DNA of 64,000 bases from Planctomycetota bacterium. GTDB lineage: Bacteria; Planctomycetota; Phycisphaerae; Phycisphaerales; SM1A02. A program made the position numbers and the translations under genes. The DNA lies in the NCBI GenBank assembly GCA_046080505.1, contig JBJTUC010000037.1, positions 11,708 to 75,707 on the forward strand. The letters run 5' to 3'. This document shows, one piece after another, positions 1 to 8,260 of the stretch. Within the stretch, counting starts at the first letter, position 1. Each line of letters opens with the position of its first letter. Under the pieces are notes generated by a model. It saw nothing but the letters and a program-made list of their open reading frames with translations, was not told the origin of the DNA and did no database searches.

Positions 1-216
1 TGGAACGCGCAGGAAGTGATCGTGCAAGGCTCGCGAGTGAAAGTCGTCTTGAATGGCGCCACCATCGTCGATGCAGATTTGGAACCACTCGCGGAGAGCG
101 GTACACCCGACGGCAAGGATCATCCTGGGCTGCAGCGGCAAAGTGGGTTCATCGGCTTCCTTGGGCATGGCCACAGCGTGTGGTTCAAGAACATCGAGTT
201 GAAGGAACTGAAGTGA
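1..216 (+). CDS. DUF1080 (3-keto-disaccharide hydrolase-like) domain protein, C-terminal fragment; 5' end lies outside the window
   Basis: The frame is open from base 1. The C-terminal ...GFIGFLGHGHSVWFKNIELKEL resembles the end of the DUF1080 jelly-roll family common in Planctomycetota. Confidence 0.6.
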   Translation, partial: WNAQEVIVQGSRVKVVLNGATIVDADLEPLAESGTPDGKDHPGLQRQSGFIGFLGHGHSVWFKNIELKELK

Positions 217-1046
217 GCGAACCGCGGGGAGAGCGTGCCAACACACATGGGCGCAGTGGCGCGGTGGAACGGGCACTGCGCGGTGAGATTGCACGCATCG
301 AGGGAGCGCTTGCGCAGGGCGGATTTCTGCTCGGCGAGGTTCAGGTGTTGGATGAAGGCTCGTGGGGGCGTCTCGATGCAGTCCTCGAGGGCACGGAGCA
401 GTCCGGCAAGCTTCAGATCCACCTCAACAAGAAGGGAGTTGTGCGCATCGTTCCCCAGGGCAGCGCCGCGCACGGCATTGCGCAGGCACTTGGATCGGTT
501 GGCATCGACTGCACTGCCGCGTCACACCACGCGCCCACGCGCACGACGGAACGAGGACCAGCAGAGCCGTCCGCGAAGTCTGCGGCGGCGGCGCGCGTCC
601 GAGCGTTGGCGATCGGCGTGGACGGAGAGCTTGTCGTCGACTGCAGCAAGTTCGGACGTTCGCTGATAGGCCCAACCGAGTGGCGAGGCATGCTGCATCA
701 GGGCGGCGCGTGGCGTGAGGTGTTTCACAGCCCGCGTTTCGCGCGTGGCCACAACAATCTCGGCGAGTTTCTCGCCATCATCGATGCGGTTCGTCGGATC
801 GAGCGTGGCGAAATCGCGTGCACCGCCCTGCTCAGCGACTCGCGGACCGCGATCAGTTGGTTCACGAAGGGACGCATCCGAACAGCGATACCCGTGAACG
901 AAGCGTGTGATCCGATCTTTGCGCGGGAGTTTTCAAACGCGCAGCAGTGGCTCGCATCCTGCGACCGCGTTCACTGGAGCAGGCTGCTCTCCCATTGGTC
1001 GGTCAAGAGCCGCGGCGAGAACCCAGCGGACTTTGGGCGAAAGTGA
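213..1046 (+). CDS. RNase H-like (DEDD) domain protein with an unrecognised N-terminal region of about 130 aa
   Basis: The C-terminal 140 aa carry RNase H-type motifs: LVVDCS, TEWRG, HNNLGEFLAI, LSDSRTAISW, ENPADFGRK. The proposed GTG start at 213 overlaps the upstream stop (GTGA) and lies 6 nt after AAGGA (202-206). The start is uncertain; an alternative GTG is at 441. Confidence 0.55.
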   Translation: MSEPRGERANTHGRSGAVERALRGEIARIEGALAQGGFLLGEVQVLDEGSWGRLDAVLEGTEQSGKLQIHLNKKGVVRIVPQGSAAHGIAQALGSVGIDCTAASHHAPTRTTERGPAEPSAKSAAAARVRALAIGVDGELVVDCSKFGRSLIGPTEWRGMLHQGGAWREVFHSPRFARGHNNLGEFLAIIDAVRRIERGEIACTALLSDSRTAISWFTKGRIRTAIPVNEACDPIFAREFSNAQQWLASCDRVHWSRLLSHWSVKSRGENPADFGRK

Positions 1047-1079
1047 TCGAGCCCCCCCCCCGCGCCGAGACACAGCGCA

Positions 1080-2645
1080 TCAACTCGGTGGTGGCGCGGC
1101 GGTGCTGATGAGTGGCGCGAGTTCCGACACGGGGATCGACAGGAACGCCTTGCCGAAGTTGGGATCGAAGTGCGTTCCAAGGCAGCGCTCGATCTCCGCG
1201 AGCACCTCCTGCACCTCACGCGCAGGGCGGTAGAAGCGCGCGCTTGTCATCGCGTCGAAGCAGTCCGCGATGCACAAGATGCGCCCAAGTCTTGAAATGC
1301 CCTCTCCCGCGAGCTTGTTTGGATACCCGCGGCCGTCCCAGCGTTCATGATGTTCGATGACGCCGCAGATCAGTTCGCGCATCTGGGGAATGTCCTGCAG
1401 GATCGACGCACCAATCTCTGGATGCCGCTGAATCCGTGCGAATTCCGTGTCATCCAACTTGGATGGTTTCCGGAGGATCTCCTCTGGAATTCCGATCTTG
1501 CCGATGTCATGCACGAGGCCACACAACCGAATCTGCTCGGTCGTACCTGCATCGAGCTTCAATGCCTTGGCAAGCAGAACGCCGAACGCGCTCACGCGGT
1601 CGGAATGCCCGCGCGTGTACGGATCCTTCGCGTCGATGGCTGAGATGAGTGCACGCATCGTTCCGCCGAACATCTGCTGCTGCTCGAGGTCGAAGCGCTG
1701 CTGCATCCGCGCGCGAGCGATGTTCGAGAGCGAGAGTCCCGCAAGTCGCGCGATCGCCGCAGCGAATCCCGCCGCCTCCGCCTCGGGTGCGGGCCGCGTG
1801 CGCGCCGCACCGCGGCGGTGATCGAGATAGATCCACCCGAAGAAGACGGGGCCCGCCTCGACTGGCACACAGATCGCATCCTGAATTGAGAGCGACTCGA
1901 TGCTTGCGGCCATCGAGGCCGCACCTCCAGCGGCGCGGTGCACGTAAACGCCGTGACGAGCGCGGCGCAGAAGGCTCCGACTGATCTGCACCTCACCTCC
2001 GCTTCCAGAGATCGCCCCCGTCTGCGCAAGAACTTCCACCGCTGATGGTTCTGTGCCCGCCTTCAGCAGCGCCACATTCGCAAACCCCGTGGCGGCCGCA
2101 AGCGCTTCCACCGCAGCCGCTGCGGTTGCTTGCTCATCGCTTGCGATTGCCATCGCTTCGCTCGCAGCAAGCAGACGAACAAGCATCGCCTGAGCGAATT
2201 CGGAAGGACCCTGCACATCGCCGAGCGGCACGAAATCATCGCGGTCATCGCCCGCCATGAGCGTCTGACCGAGGTCAGCCTGCTGCAACGCCGACGGCGC
2301 CGCGACGGTCAATGTCCACGGCTTGATCTCGATCACATCCCCGTGCGCAAGCTTCACCTCCTGCTGCGCGGCGAGTCGAACGCCGTTCAGCAGCGTTCCC
2401 CAAGTGGAACCGCAGTCGCGAAGCCGCCAATGCCCTCGCTCGCGACCCTTTGCCGCGGCCCAGTGCACTTGTGCATGAAGGCGCGACACCTTCTGCTGCG
2501 GAAGAGAAATGTCCCGATCAGGATCTCGCCCGATGCTGACCGAATGCGGCTCCTGCAAGGGGAAGATCCGCTCCGAATCCTCGGAGACTGCATGCAGCCG
2601 CCAGCGTGAAGTCGAACTCGATGCGGAACCCAACGCGGAACCCAT
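1080..2645 (-). CDS. FHA - GAF-like - HD-GYP domain protein (putative c-di-GMP phosphodiesterase)
   Basis: N-terminal FHA pattern (SIGRDPDRDISLPQQKVSRLHAQV...GSTWGTLLNG). C-terminal HD-GYP motifs LVHDIGKIGIP and HHERWDGRGYP. Confidence 0.85.
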   Translation of the reverse strand: MGSALGSASSSTSRWRLHAVSEDSERIFPLQEPHSVSIGRDPDRDISLPQQKVSRLHAQVHWAAAKGRERGHWRLRDCGSTWGTLLNGVRLAAQQEVKLAHGDVIEIKPWTLTVAAPSALQQADLGQTLMAGDDRDDFVPLGDVQGPSEFAQAMLVRLLAASEAMAIASDEQATAAAAVEALAAATGFANVALLKAGTEPSAVEVLAQTGAISGSGGEVQISRSLLRRARHGVYVHRAAGGAASMAASIESLSIQDAICVPVEAGPVFFGWIYLDHRRGAARTRPAPEAEAAGFAAAIARLAGLSLSNIARARMQQRFDLEQQQMFGGTMRALISAIDAKDPYTRGHSDRVSAFGVLLAKALKLDAGTTEQIRLCGLVHDIGKIGIPEEILRKPSKLDDTEFARIQRHPEIGASILQDIPQMRELICGVIEHHERWDGRGYPNKLAGEGISRLGRILCIADCFDAMTSARFYRPAREVQEVLAEIERCLGTHFDPNFGKAFLSIPVSELAPLISTAAPPPS

Positions 2646-2653
2646 ACTTGGGA

Positions 2654-4555
2654 TTATGACAGAGACGCAGTCGGCGCGTAGCCGCGCACCGTGGCACTGA
2701 GAAGTTCACGGACCTCCAAGACATCATGGCGGTCGATCGCCGCCTCAAAGCGCGCCAGAATGCGCTCCAGTTGCTCCCACGGTATGAACTCCTCGTTCGC
2801 ACGAAGAATGCCAGGGTGATCCGTCGGCTGACAGTCCTTGCCAATGAGGAGTTCCTCGAACAACTTCTCGCCTGGGCGAAGCCCAGTGAACACGATCTCT
2901 ATGTCCCCGTGCGGATGTTCCGCGGTGCGCTCTGTGAATCCCGTGAGACGAATCATGCTCCGTGCGAGATCGACGATGCGGACTGGCTCGCCCATATCGA
3001 GTACGAACACATCACCTCCGCTGCCCATCGCACCCGCCTGAATCACCAAGGACGATGCCTCCGGGATTGTCATGAAATAGCGCGTCATCTCCGCATGGGT
3101 GACGGTCACCGGGCCGCCGCGACGGATCTGCTCGGTGAACCGAGGAACGACGGATCCGCTTGAACCGAGCACATTTCCAAACCGCACCATCGTGAAACGC
3201 GTGGTACGGCGTACGCCCGAGGATCCACCTGGTGGCGTGCGCTGCGAGTCGGACAGAGCTTGGAGAACCTTTTCCGCCAACCGCTTGCTTGCGCCCATCA
3301 CGCTCGTGGGTCGCACTGCCTTGTCCGTCGAGACGAGCACGAATGACGCAACGCCGCAGCGAATCGCGGCCTGGGCCGTGCGCAGCGTGCCGATGGCGTT
3401 CACCTGCACCCCCTCCACCTCGTTCGCCTCCACAAGCGGAACATGCTTGTAGGCGGCTGCGTGGTAGAGCGTGTCGATCCTGTGCTCGCGGATGACTTGC
3501 TCCATGCGTACTTCATCGGTGACCGATGCCATCACGCTGACGATCTGCGGACCCGAAGACGGCCCGACCGTGCGCCGAAGTTCCTCTTCGATCGTGTAGA
3601 GATTGAACTCGCCGTTATCGAGCAGCACCAGCTTTCTCGGTCCTTGCTGAAGGACCTGCCGTGCGAGTTCGCTGCCGATGGATCCGCCCGCGCCCGTAAT
3701 CAGCACGTTCGCCGAGGAAGTATTGCGGCTCAGGAGCTCGGTCCTTGGCTCCACCGGTGCACGCCCAAGCAGATCCTCGATCTTCACCGGTCGAATCGAG
3801 TCCACGCGCGCGGTGCCATCGGCGATCTCGGTCAGCGTCGGAACGAGCATGACTCGCACGCCCATTGCACTGATCTGGTTGAACACCTCGCGGCGGCGAC
3901 GGCGTGCATGCTCGGGAAGCGCAAGCAGCAGTGTGTCCGCACGGAGCGACCGAACCACCTGATCGAGGTTCTCCGACGAGTGCACAGGAACACTGCGGAT
4001 CATCGAACCCACTCGCGATCGGTTGTCGTCCACGAATGCGACCACTGTGCTGCGCTGATCTTGCGCAAGCAGCGCCACGAGTCCAGCACCCACATCGCCC
4101 GCTCCATAGATCACGACGCGTGAGGCTTTGGTTGGCATGGCGAAGCGCAGCAGCGTTCGTGCAACCGCACGAGCGCCACCCACGCCGATCAGCGTGATCA
4201 GCCAAAAGTTGATGAGCGCGGTGCGCGGCAGTCCCTCACCTCGGTCCGCCATGAACCACTCGAATCCAACAAGCAGCGTGGCAAGCGTCACAGCAGCAGC
4301 GACGCGGACTGCGAAGCGAAGTCCGATGTAGCGAGTGATCTCACGGTAGAGACCGCAGCCCCATGCACAGGCAACGCCAACCGCGCCAGCCACCAGCATG
4401 ATGCGCAAGAGTTTGTCGGCGATGCTCTCTGGAAAAACAGTGTCGAGCCGCAGCGCCACAGAACCCCAGATCGCGCCCGCGAAGACCGCAAAGTCAACCG
4501 CGACTGCAATCAGTTGTTTTGCCCGCCGAGGAAGCCCTGTGAACCACCCACTCAT
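2654..4555 (-). CDS. Membrane-bound polysaccharide biosynthesis protein, CapD/PglF/WbpM-type NDP-sugar 4,6-dehydratase
   Basis: N-terminal TM helices and two Rossmann motifs (VIYGAGDVG; ITGAGGSIGSEL). The length (633 aa) and the order of conserved blocks are typical of the CapD family. Confidence 0.85.
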   Translation of the reverse strand: MSGWFTGLPRRAKQLIAVAVDFAVFAGAIWGSVALRLDTVFPESIADKLLRIMLVAGAVGVACAWGCGLYREITRYIGLRFAVRVAAAVTLATLLVGFEWFMADRGEGLPRTALINFWLITLIGVGGARAVARTLLRFAMPTKASRVVIYGAGDVGAGLVALLAQDQRSTVVAFVDDNRSRVGSMIRSVPVHSSENLDQVVRSLRADTLLLALPEHARRRRREVFNQISAMGVRVMLVPTLTEIADGTARVDSIRPVKIEDLLGRAPVEPRTELLSRNTSSANVLITGAGGSIGSELARQVLQQGPRKLVLLDNGEFNLYTIEEELRRTVGPSSGPQIVSVMASVTDEVRMEQVIREHRIDTLYHAAAYKHVPLVEANEVEGVQVNAIGTLRTAQAAIRCGVASFVLVSTDKAVRPTSVMGASKRLAEKVLQALSDSQRTPPGGSSGVRRTTRFTMVRFGNVLGSSGSVVPRFTEQIRRGGPVTVTHAEMTRYFMTIPEASSLVIQAGAMGSGGDVFVLDMGEPVRIVDLARSMIRLTGFTERTAEHPHGDIEIVFTGLRPGEKLFEELLIGKDCQPTDHPGILRANEEFIPWEQLERILARFEAAIDRHDVLEVRELLSATVRGYAPTASLS

Positions 4556-4656
4556 GCGACCGTGAGACTACGCGACAATCAATCGGATACAAGCTATAGG
4601 TGCGCTCCATGAGAGGATCGTCCACCCGACATGTACCGATAAGCAGCTGCCGCGAG

Positions 4657-4740
4657 TAGGCCTGCTGGGACTCGAACCCAGATGAGCGTGAACTCTGCGG
4701 ATTTTAAGTCCGCTGCGTCTGCCAATTCCGCCACAGGCCT
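4657..4740 (-). tRNA. tRNA-Leu (anticodon UAA), class II with long variable arm; no encoded CCA
   Basis: Hand-folded from the reverse complement. Acceptor AGGCCTG/CAGGCCT, D arm GCGGAATTGGCAGACGC, anticodon stem GCGGA/TCCGC with loop CTTAAAA, variable arm, and T arm CTGGG-TTCGAGT-CCCAG. Confidence 0.93.
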
Positions 4741-4801
4741 GCGCGAACAGACTACCGCCTCATGATCCGCAGGCACATGCACAAGCGCCCTATTCTCCCA
4801 T

Positions 4802-5968
4802 GTGATGCCCTCACCCCAATCGGGCGCGCCACTGCTCGGGCTGACCGTCGTCGATCTCGGGCGCGTGCTTGCTGCGCCGTTTGCCACCTCCACGCTCGCC
4901 TCGCTCGGCGCACGCGTCATCAAGGTGGAACGCCCCGGCCGAGGGGACGATGCGCGCGCGTTCGGCCCGCATGTAGACGGGCAGAGCGTGTACTTCGCGA
5001 GCGTCAACTGCGACAAGGAATCGATCGCACTCGATCTGGCCAACGCTGAGGATCGCACTGCGTTCGAGGGGCTGCTCGCACACGCGGATGTGCTCGTGGA
5101 GAACTTCCGCCCCGGCACGCTTGCAAGGCTCGGTTATCCGTGGGAAGTCCTCCATGCGCGCTATCCACGCCTGATCTATGCGGCCGTGTCGGGATTCGGG
5201 GCCACGGGCCCCCTCTCCAAGAACGCCGCCTACGACATCATCGCGCAGGCACTGAGCGGGATGATGAGCATCACGGGAAGCCCGGGCGCGCCACCCGTCC
5301 GCGTTGGCGCGTCGATCGGCGATCTTGTGGCAGGGCTTTACCTTGCGCTCGGCATCGTGAGCGCCGTCCACCGAAGGACGACCACAGGACAGGGATGCAT
5401 GATCGATGTGGCGATGCTCGACTCGCAAGTGGCGTTCTTGGAAGCTGCTATCACTGCCCACACTGCCACCGGCGCTGATCCGAAGCCGATCGGTACCCGA
5501 CACCCCTCGATCGCCCCCTTCCAGGCCTTCGAGTGCGCGGATCGCTGGATCGTCATAGCGGCCGGAAACGATGGGCTCTTTCGCGATCTGTGCATGGCGA
5601 TCGGCTGCTCCGAAGTCGCCGTCGAACAAAGGTTTGCGACGAACGCCGACCGACTCGCCAACATCGATGCGCTCGAGGCGAAAGTCACTGCGACGCTGCG
5701 CTGCGCCCCCGCGCACCACTGGATCGCGGCACTCCACGGCGCGGGCGTTCCCTGCGCGCCTATCCAGTCGATTCCGGAGATGGTCCGCATGGAGCAAGTC
5801 CATGCGCGGAACATGATCATCCCGATCGACGACCCGAAGATGCCAGGCGCGAGCGTTCCAAACACGCCGATCAAGATGAGCGACTTCGAGGTGGCGACTT
5901 CACGACGCCGACCGCCGCGACTCGATGAGCACGGCGATGCGCTTCGCCGCGAGTTCGGTTCCGGTTGA
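4802..5968 (+). CDS. CoA-transferase family III (CaiB/BaiF-type)
   Basis: N-terminal LLGLTVVDLGRVLAAPFATSTLASLGARVIKVERPGRGDDAR is the family-III signature region. The start is GTG 4802 or ATG 4805. Confidence 0.85.
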   Translation: MMPSPQSGAPLLGLTVVDLGRVLAAPFATSTLASLGARVIKVERPGRGDDARAFGPHVDGQSVYFASVNCDKESIALDLANAEDRTAFEGLLAHADVLVENFRPGTLARLGYPWEVLHARYPRLIYAAVSGFGATGPLSKNAAYDIIAQALSGMMSITGSPGAPPVRVGASIGDLVAGLYLALGIVSAVHRRTTTGQGCMIDVAMLDSQVAFLEAAITAHTATGADPKPIGTRHPSIAPFQAFECADRWIVIAAGNDGLFRDLCMAIGCSEVAVEQRFATNADRLANIDALEAKVTATLRCAPAHHWIAALHGAGVPCAPIQSIPEMVRMEQVHARNMIIPIDDPKMPGASVPNTPIKMSDFEVATSRRRPPRLDEHGDALRREFGSG

Positions 5969-6090
5969 ACGCCTCCGCCGTCGAGTCGGCTCGCCGAGTG
6001 AGGAGCGATGCGCGCTGCGTCACGAAAAATGTTGGCGAACCTCTTGCAGACTTCGTGGCGGAAGTACATTCCCGCTCAGGAGGATCGACC

Positions 6091-6363
6091 ATGGACGGCG
6101 ACCTGTCTGTTGATTATCTCGGCGACGGCTACTACGCACTCTTCCGTCAAAGCCAGGAACGGCGCATCATCGAGTGCATCGCACCGCGAGTGACCGACAT
6201 CTTCCGCACGGTGGCACGCCGCTTCGGCAACGATCACCCAGTGGAAATGTCGTACGCCGCGCACCTCATCTTCAAACTCGAAGCAGGGATCGACATTTGC
6301 GTCGACCTCACTGAGCCGTTCGAGGCGGACGTCGACATCGACGACACGCCATCGAGCACCTGA
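6091..6363 (+). CDS. Small acidic hypothetical protein (90 aa)
   Basis: An ATG preceded by AGGAGG (gctcAGGAGGatcgaccATG). I recognised no family. Confidence 0.4.
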   Translation: MDGDLSVDYLGDGYYALFRQSQERRIIECIAPRVTDIFRTVARRFGNDHPVEMSYAAHLIFKLEAGIDICVDLTEPFEADVDIDDTPSST

Positions 6364-6456
6364 AGAAGGCCAGGTCTGCGCGGCAGGCGACACGCGGCGA
6401 ACAACGCTGGGGGTGTCACTGTGTGCACCGTCGGTGGCGCCCACTGCCAGGGTTCG

Positions 6457-6533
6457 CGCTGGCATTGACCGCTGGCATTCAGCGCTGGCACTCGGCGACG
6501 GTATTCAGCGCCGTTTCCGCTGCTGGTATCGAG
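6457..6533. repeat. Degenerate 13-bp tandem repeat, about 6 copies
   Basis: The units are CGCTGGCATTGAC, CGCTGGCATTCAG, CGCTGGCACTCGG, CGACGGTATTCAG, CGCCGTTTCCGCT and GCTGGTATCGAG. The array lies in the 180-bp convergent spacer between 6363 and 6544. Confidence 0.7.
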
Positions 6534-6543
6534 TATGGCGCCC

Positions 6544-7350
6544 TTACTTGCGGCTGCCGAACATTTGCGCGAGTCGGAAGACCAGTTTGAGCGCTTCCAG
6601 ATACACCCACGCAAGGGTCACGACGAGTCCGAACGCGAGATACCACTCCATCGAAGCAGGCGCACCCGCAGCTACCGCATCCTGAATCTGGCGGAAGTCC
6701 ACCACCATCCAGAGCGCGGCGACGATGAGCACCACTGCATTGATGCCGAGTCCGATCAGCGCAGCGTTGCCACCCGACTGCGCACCTTGCAGCGAGAACC
6801 ACGACATGTCGACGCCGAACAGTCCCATGATCATCGCGATCAGGAAAGTGAAAAAGATTCCGAGCGTTGCCACAGAGAGCACCGCCGTGAACATCGCGCC
6901 GCCCTTCAAGATGCCGAATCGGAAAAGCGTGAGCATCGCGACCATCAGTCCCACCACGATCAGGAACGCCTGTAGCGCGATGCCGCCAGGAACCTGAATG
7001 CCCTGCTGATCGAGCACATTCTGCAGAATCATGCCAAGCGCACCGAGCACATAGCCCTGCGCGACCGAGTACAGCACCGCGATCGTCGCCGCAATACGGG
7101 GCGAACTTCGCACAAGGAAAATCGATGCGATCGATACGAGTAGCGACACGATGAACGCCACCATGAGCGAGGCGGGATACGCCTTCGTGACAGGAATCGA
7201 AACTGCGCCAGAAACGACGGCGAGCAGAATCAGTCCAGTGGTCTTATTGATCACGCCATTGACCGTGCAAGTGCCGCTCCCCGTCGTCTGTTGAACGGCA
7301 GATCGAACAACGCTGTCGGCAAGAATCGGATTTGAGGAAACGAGTGACAT
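6544..7350 (-). CDS. Bax inhibitor-1/YccA-like membrane protein (Bax1-I_2 type)
   Basis: N-terminal MSLVSSNPIL...TVNGVINKT, several TM helices, and C-terminal MEWYLAFGLVVTLAWVYLEALKL, which is typical of this family. Confidence 0.75.
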   Translation of the reverse strand: MSLVSSNPILADSVVRSAVQQTTGSGTCTVNGVINKTTGLILLAVVSGAVSIPVTKAYPASLMVAFIVSLLVSIASIFLVRSSPRIAATIAVLYSVAQGYVLGALGMILQNVLDQQGIQVPGGIALQAFLIVVGLMVAMLTLFRFGILKGGAMFTAVLSVATLGIFFTFLIAMIMGLFGVDMSWFSLQGAQSGGNAALIGLGINAVVLIVAALWMVVDFRQIQDAVAAGAPASMEWYLAFGLVVTLAWVYLEALKLVFRLAQMFGSRK

Positions 7351-7353
7351 GGT

Positions 7354-8196
7354 TCAAGACTCCGAAGCAGGCACCACGGAAGCTTGCGCGCTTCGCATGG
7401 CATGTGCGACTTGATCCGCCACCGCCTGCTGGTGCGGCAGATGAAACGTGAAGTCAAAGGATAGCCCCGCGTAGGTGCGCTGCGAGCTGTCAATGTGCGT
7501 GTGAACGAGCTTGGCAGTCACACAGATCGGCAGCGGAGCGTGCCGGCCGAGCGCGATTTGCAGCCAGAAGACGCGGTGGCGACCGAGCGCAGTTGCATCG
7601 GCACTTTCCACGCGGAGCCCGGCACCACCGCCACCAATGTTCATCAGGACTCCCGAAAACTCAGGCCCCACCTGCGGCATCGGTAGTGCAGCGGGCGCGG
7701 CCAAAGTCGCTCCCGCTTGCGAAGCCGCTCGAGCAGCGTTCCAAGCGGCATCGCTCGCCTGCTCCGCCGCGATCACGCTGCGCGGATCGAGTAGTGGCCA
7801 CGCGCGTACGAGCGGCAAGTTCAGATCACTCGCCTCATAGCGAGCAAAGCGGCGCATGCAGCGCTCGACCTCATCCGGAAGCCGCAGGCGAAGCGCAGGA
7901 ACCCGCGCTCCTGGAAGAGCACAATCCTCGAGCTTCGCGGTCTTGAACTTCCAGCGGTTCTGCCCAATCGTGATGGCACCAATCAGTTGAACGCCAGCCG
8001 CAATCGGAATCACCTTGCCGAGCATCACGGGTGCCTCGACAACGACCGACTCCTCCTCGAGCGCCACGATCTTCAGCCGCCACACGAGATCACGACCGCG
8101 CGCAGCATCCGCAGGATCGGCCTCACCGACACTTTCAGCGTGGGGCGCAGCGACCGCGATTTCGAGCGTTCCACCACGCTCGAAAATCTGCTGCAT
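7354..8196 (-). CDS. YcgR-like PilZ domain protein (PilZN + PilZ), putative c-di-GMP receptor
   Basis: The central RLRLPDEVERCMRRFARY and GVLMNIGGGGAGLRV blocks match the PilZ RxxxR / (D/N)xSxxG pattern. I chose the start at MQQIFERG because GGAG lies upstream; an alternative start is at 8238. Confidence 0.65.
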   Translation of the reverse strand: MQQIFERGGTLEIAVAAPHAESVGEADPADAARGRDLVWRLKIVALEEESVVVEAPVMLGKVIPIAAGVQLIGAITIGQNRWKFKTAKLEDCALPGARVPALRLRLPDEVERCMRRFARYEASDLNLPLVRAWPLLDPRSVIAAEQASDAAWNAARAASQAGATLAAPAALPMPQVGPEFSGVLMNIGGGGAGLRVESADATALGRHRVFWLQIALGRHAPLPICVTAKLVHTHIDSSQRTYAGLSFDFTFHLPHQQAVADQVAHAMRSAQASVVPASES

Positions 8197-8260
8197 ACTG
8201 CGCTTCCACTCCGTCGTCCTCGATCGTGATGCAGGCATGTGTCCGATGGTAGTCAGGCGC

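Noticed and set aside
120-473. Minus-strand 117-aa ORF antisense to the proposed N-terminal part of the RNase H-like gene
   Set aside because: It shares codon-position periodicity with the plus frame, as expected for a shadow frame. It has no Shine-Dalgarno sequence at either GTG (473 or 425), and it would need a 97-nt overlap with the DUF1080 gene. The plus ORF has AAGGA-N6-GTG and a GTGA overlap. The minus ORF is not fully excluded: G+C at coordinates 0 mod 3 is higher than at 2 mod 3 in 241-420.
1863-1877. Other TGGCAC-containing near matches to the RpoN motif (also 39925-39939, 6211 region)
   Set aside because: They lie inside coding sequence, often antisense to the gene. The -12 element is TCGC or TTGA rather than TTGC, and no downstream gene is in position.
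4657-4740. tRNA-Leu as an integration site for a genomic island
   Set aside because: There is no integrase, no direct repeat of the tRNA 3' end, and no change in gene content on either side. The flanking genes are ordinary metabolic and envelope genes.
4594-5118. 174-aa minus-strand ORF spanning the tRNA-Leu and the 5' end of the CoA-transferase gene
   Set aside because: It overlaps a well-folding tRNA and a motif-bearing plus-strand gene. Its composition is that of a spurious frame.
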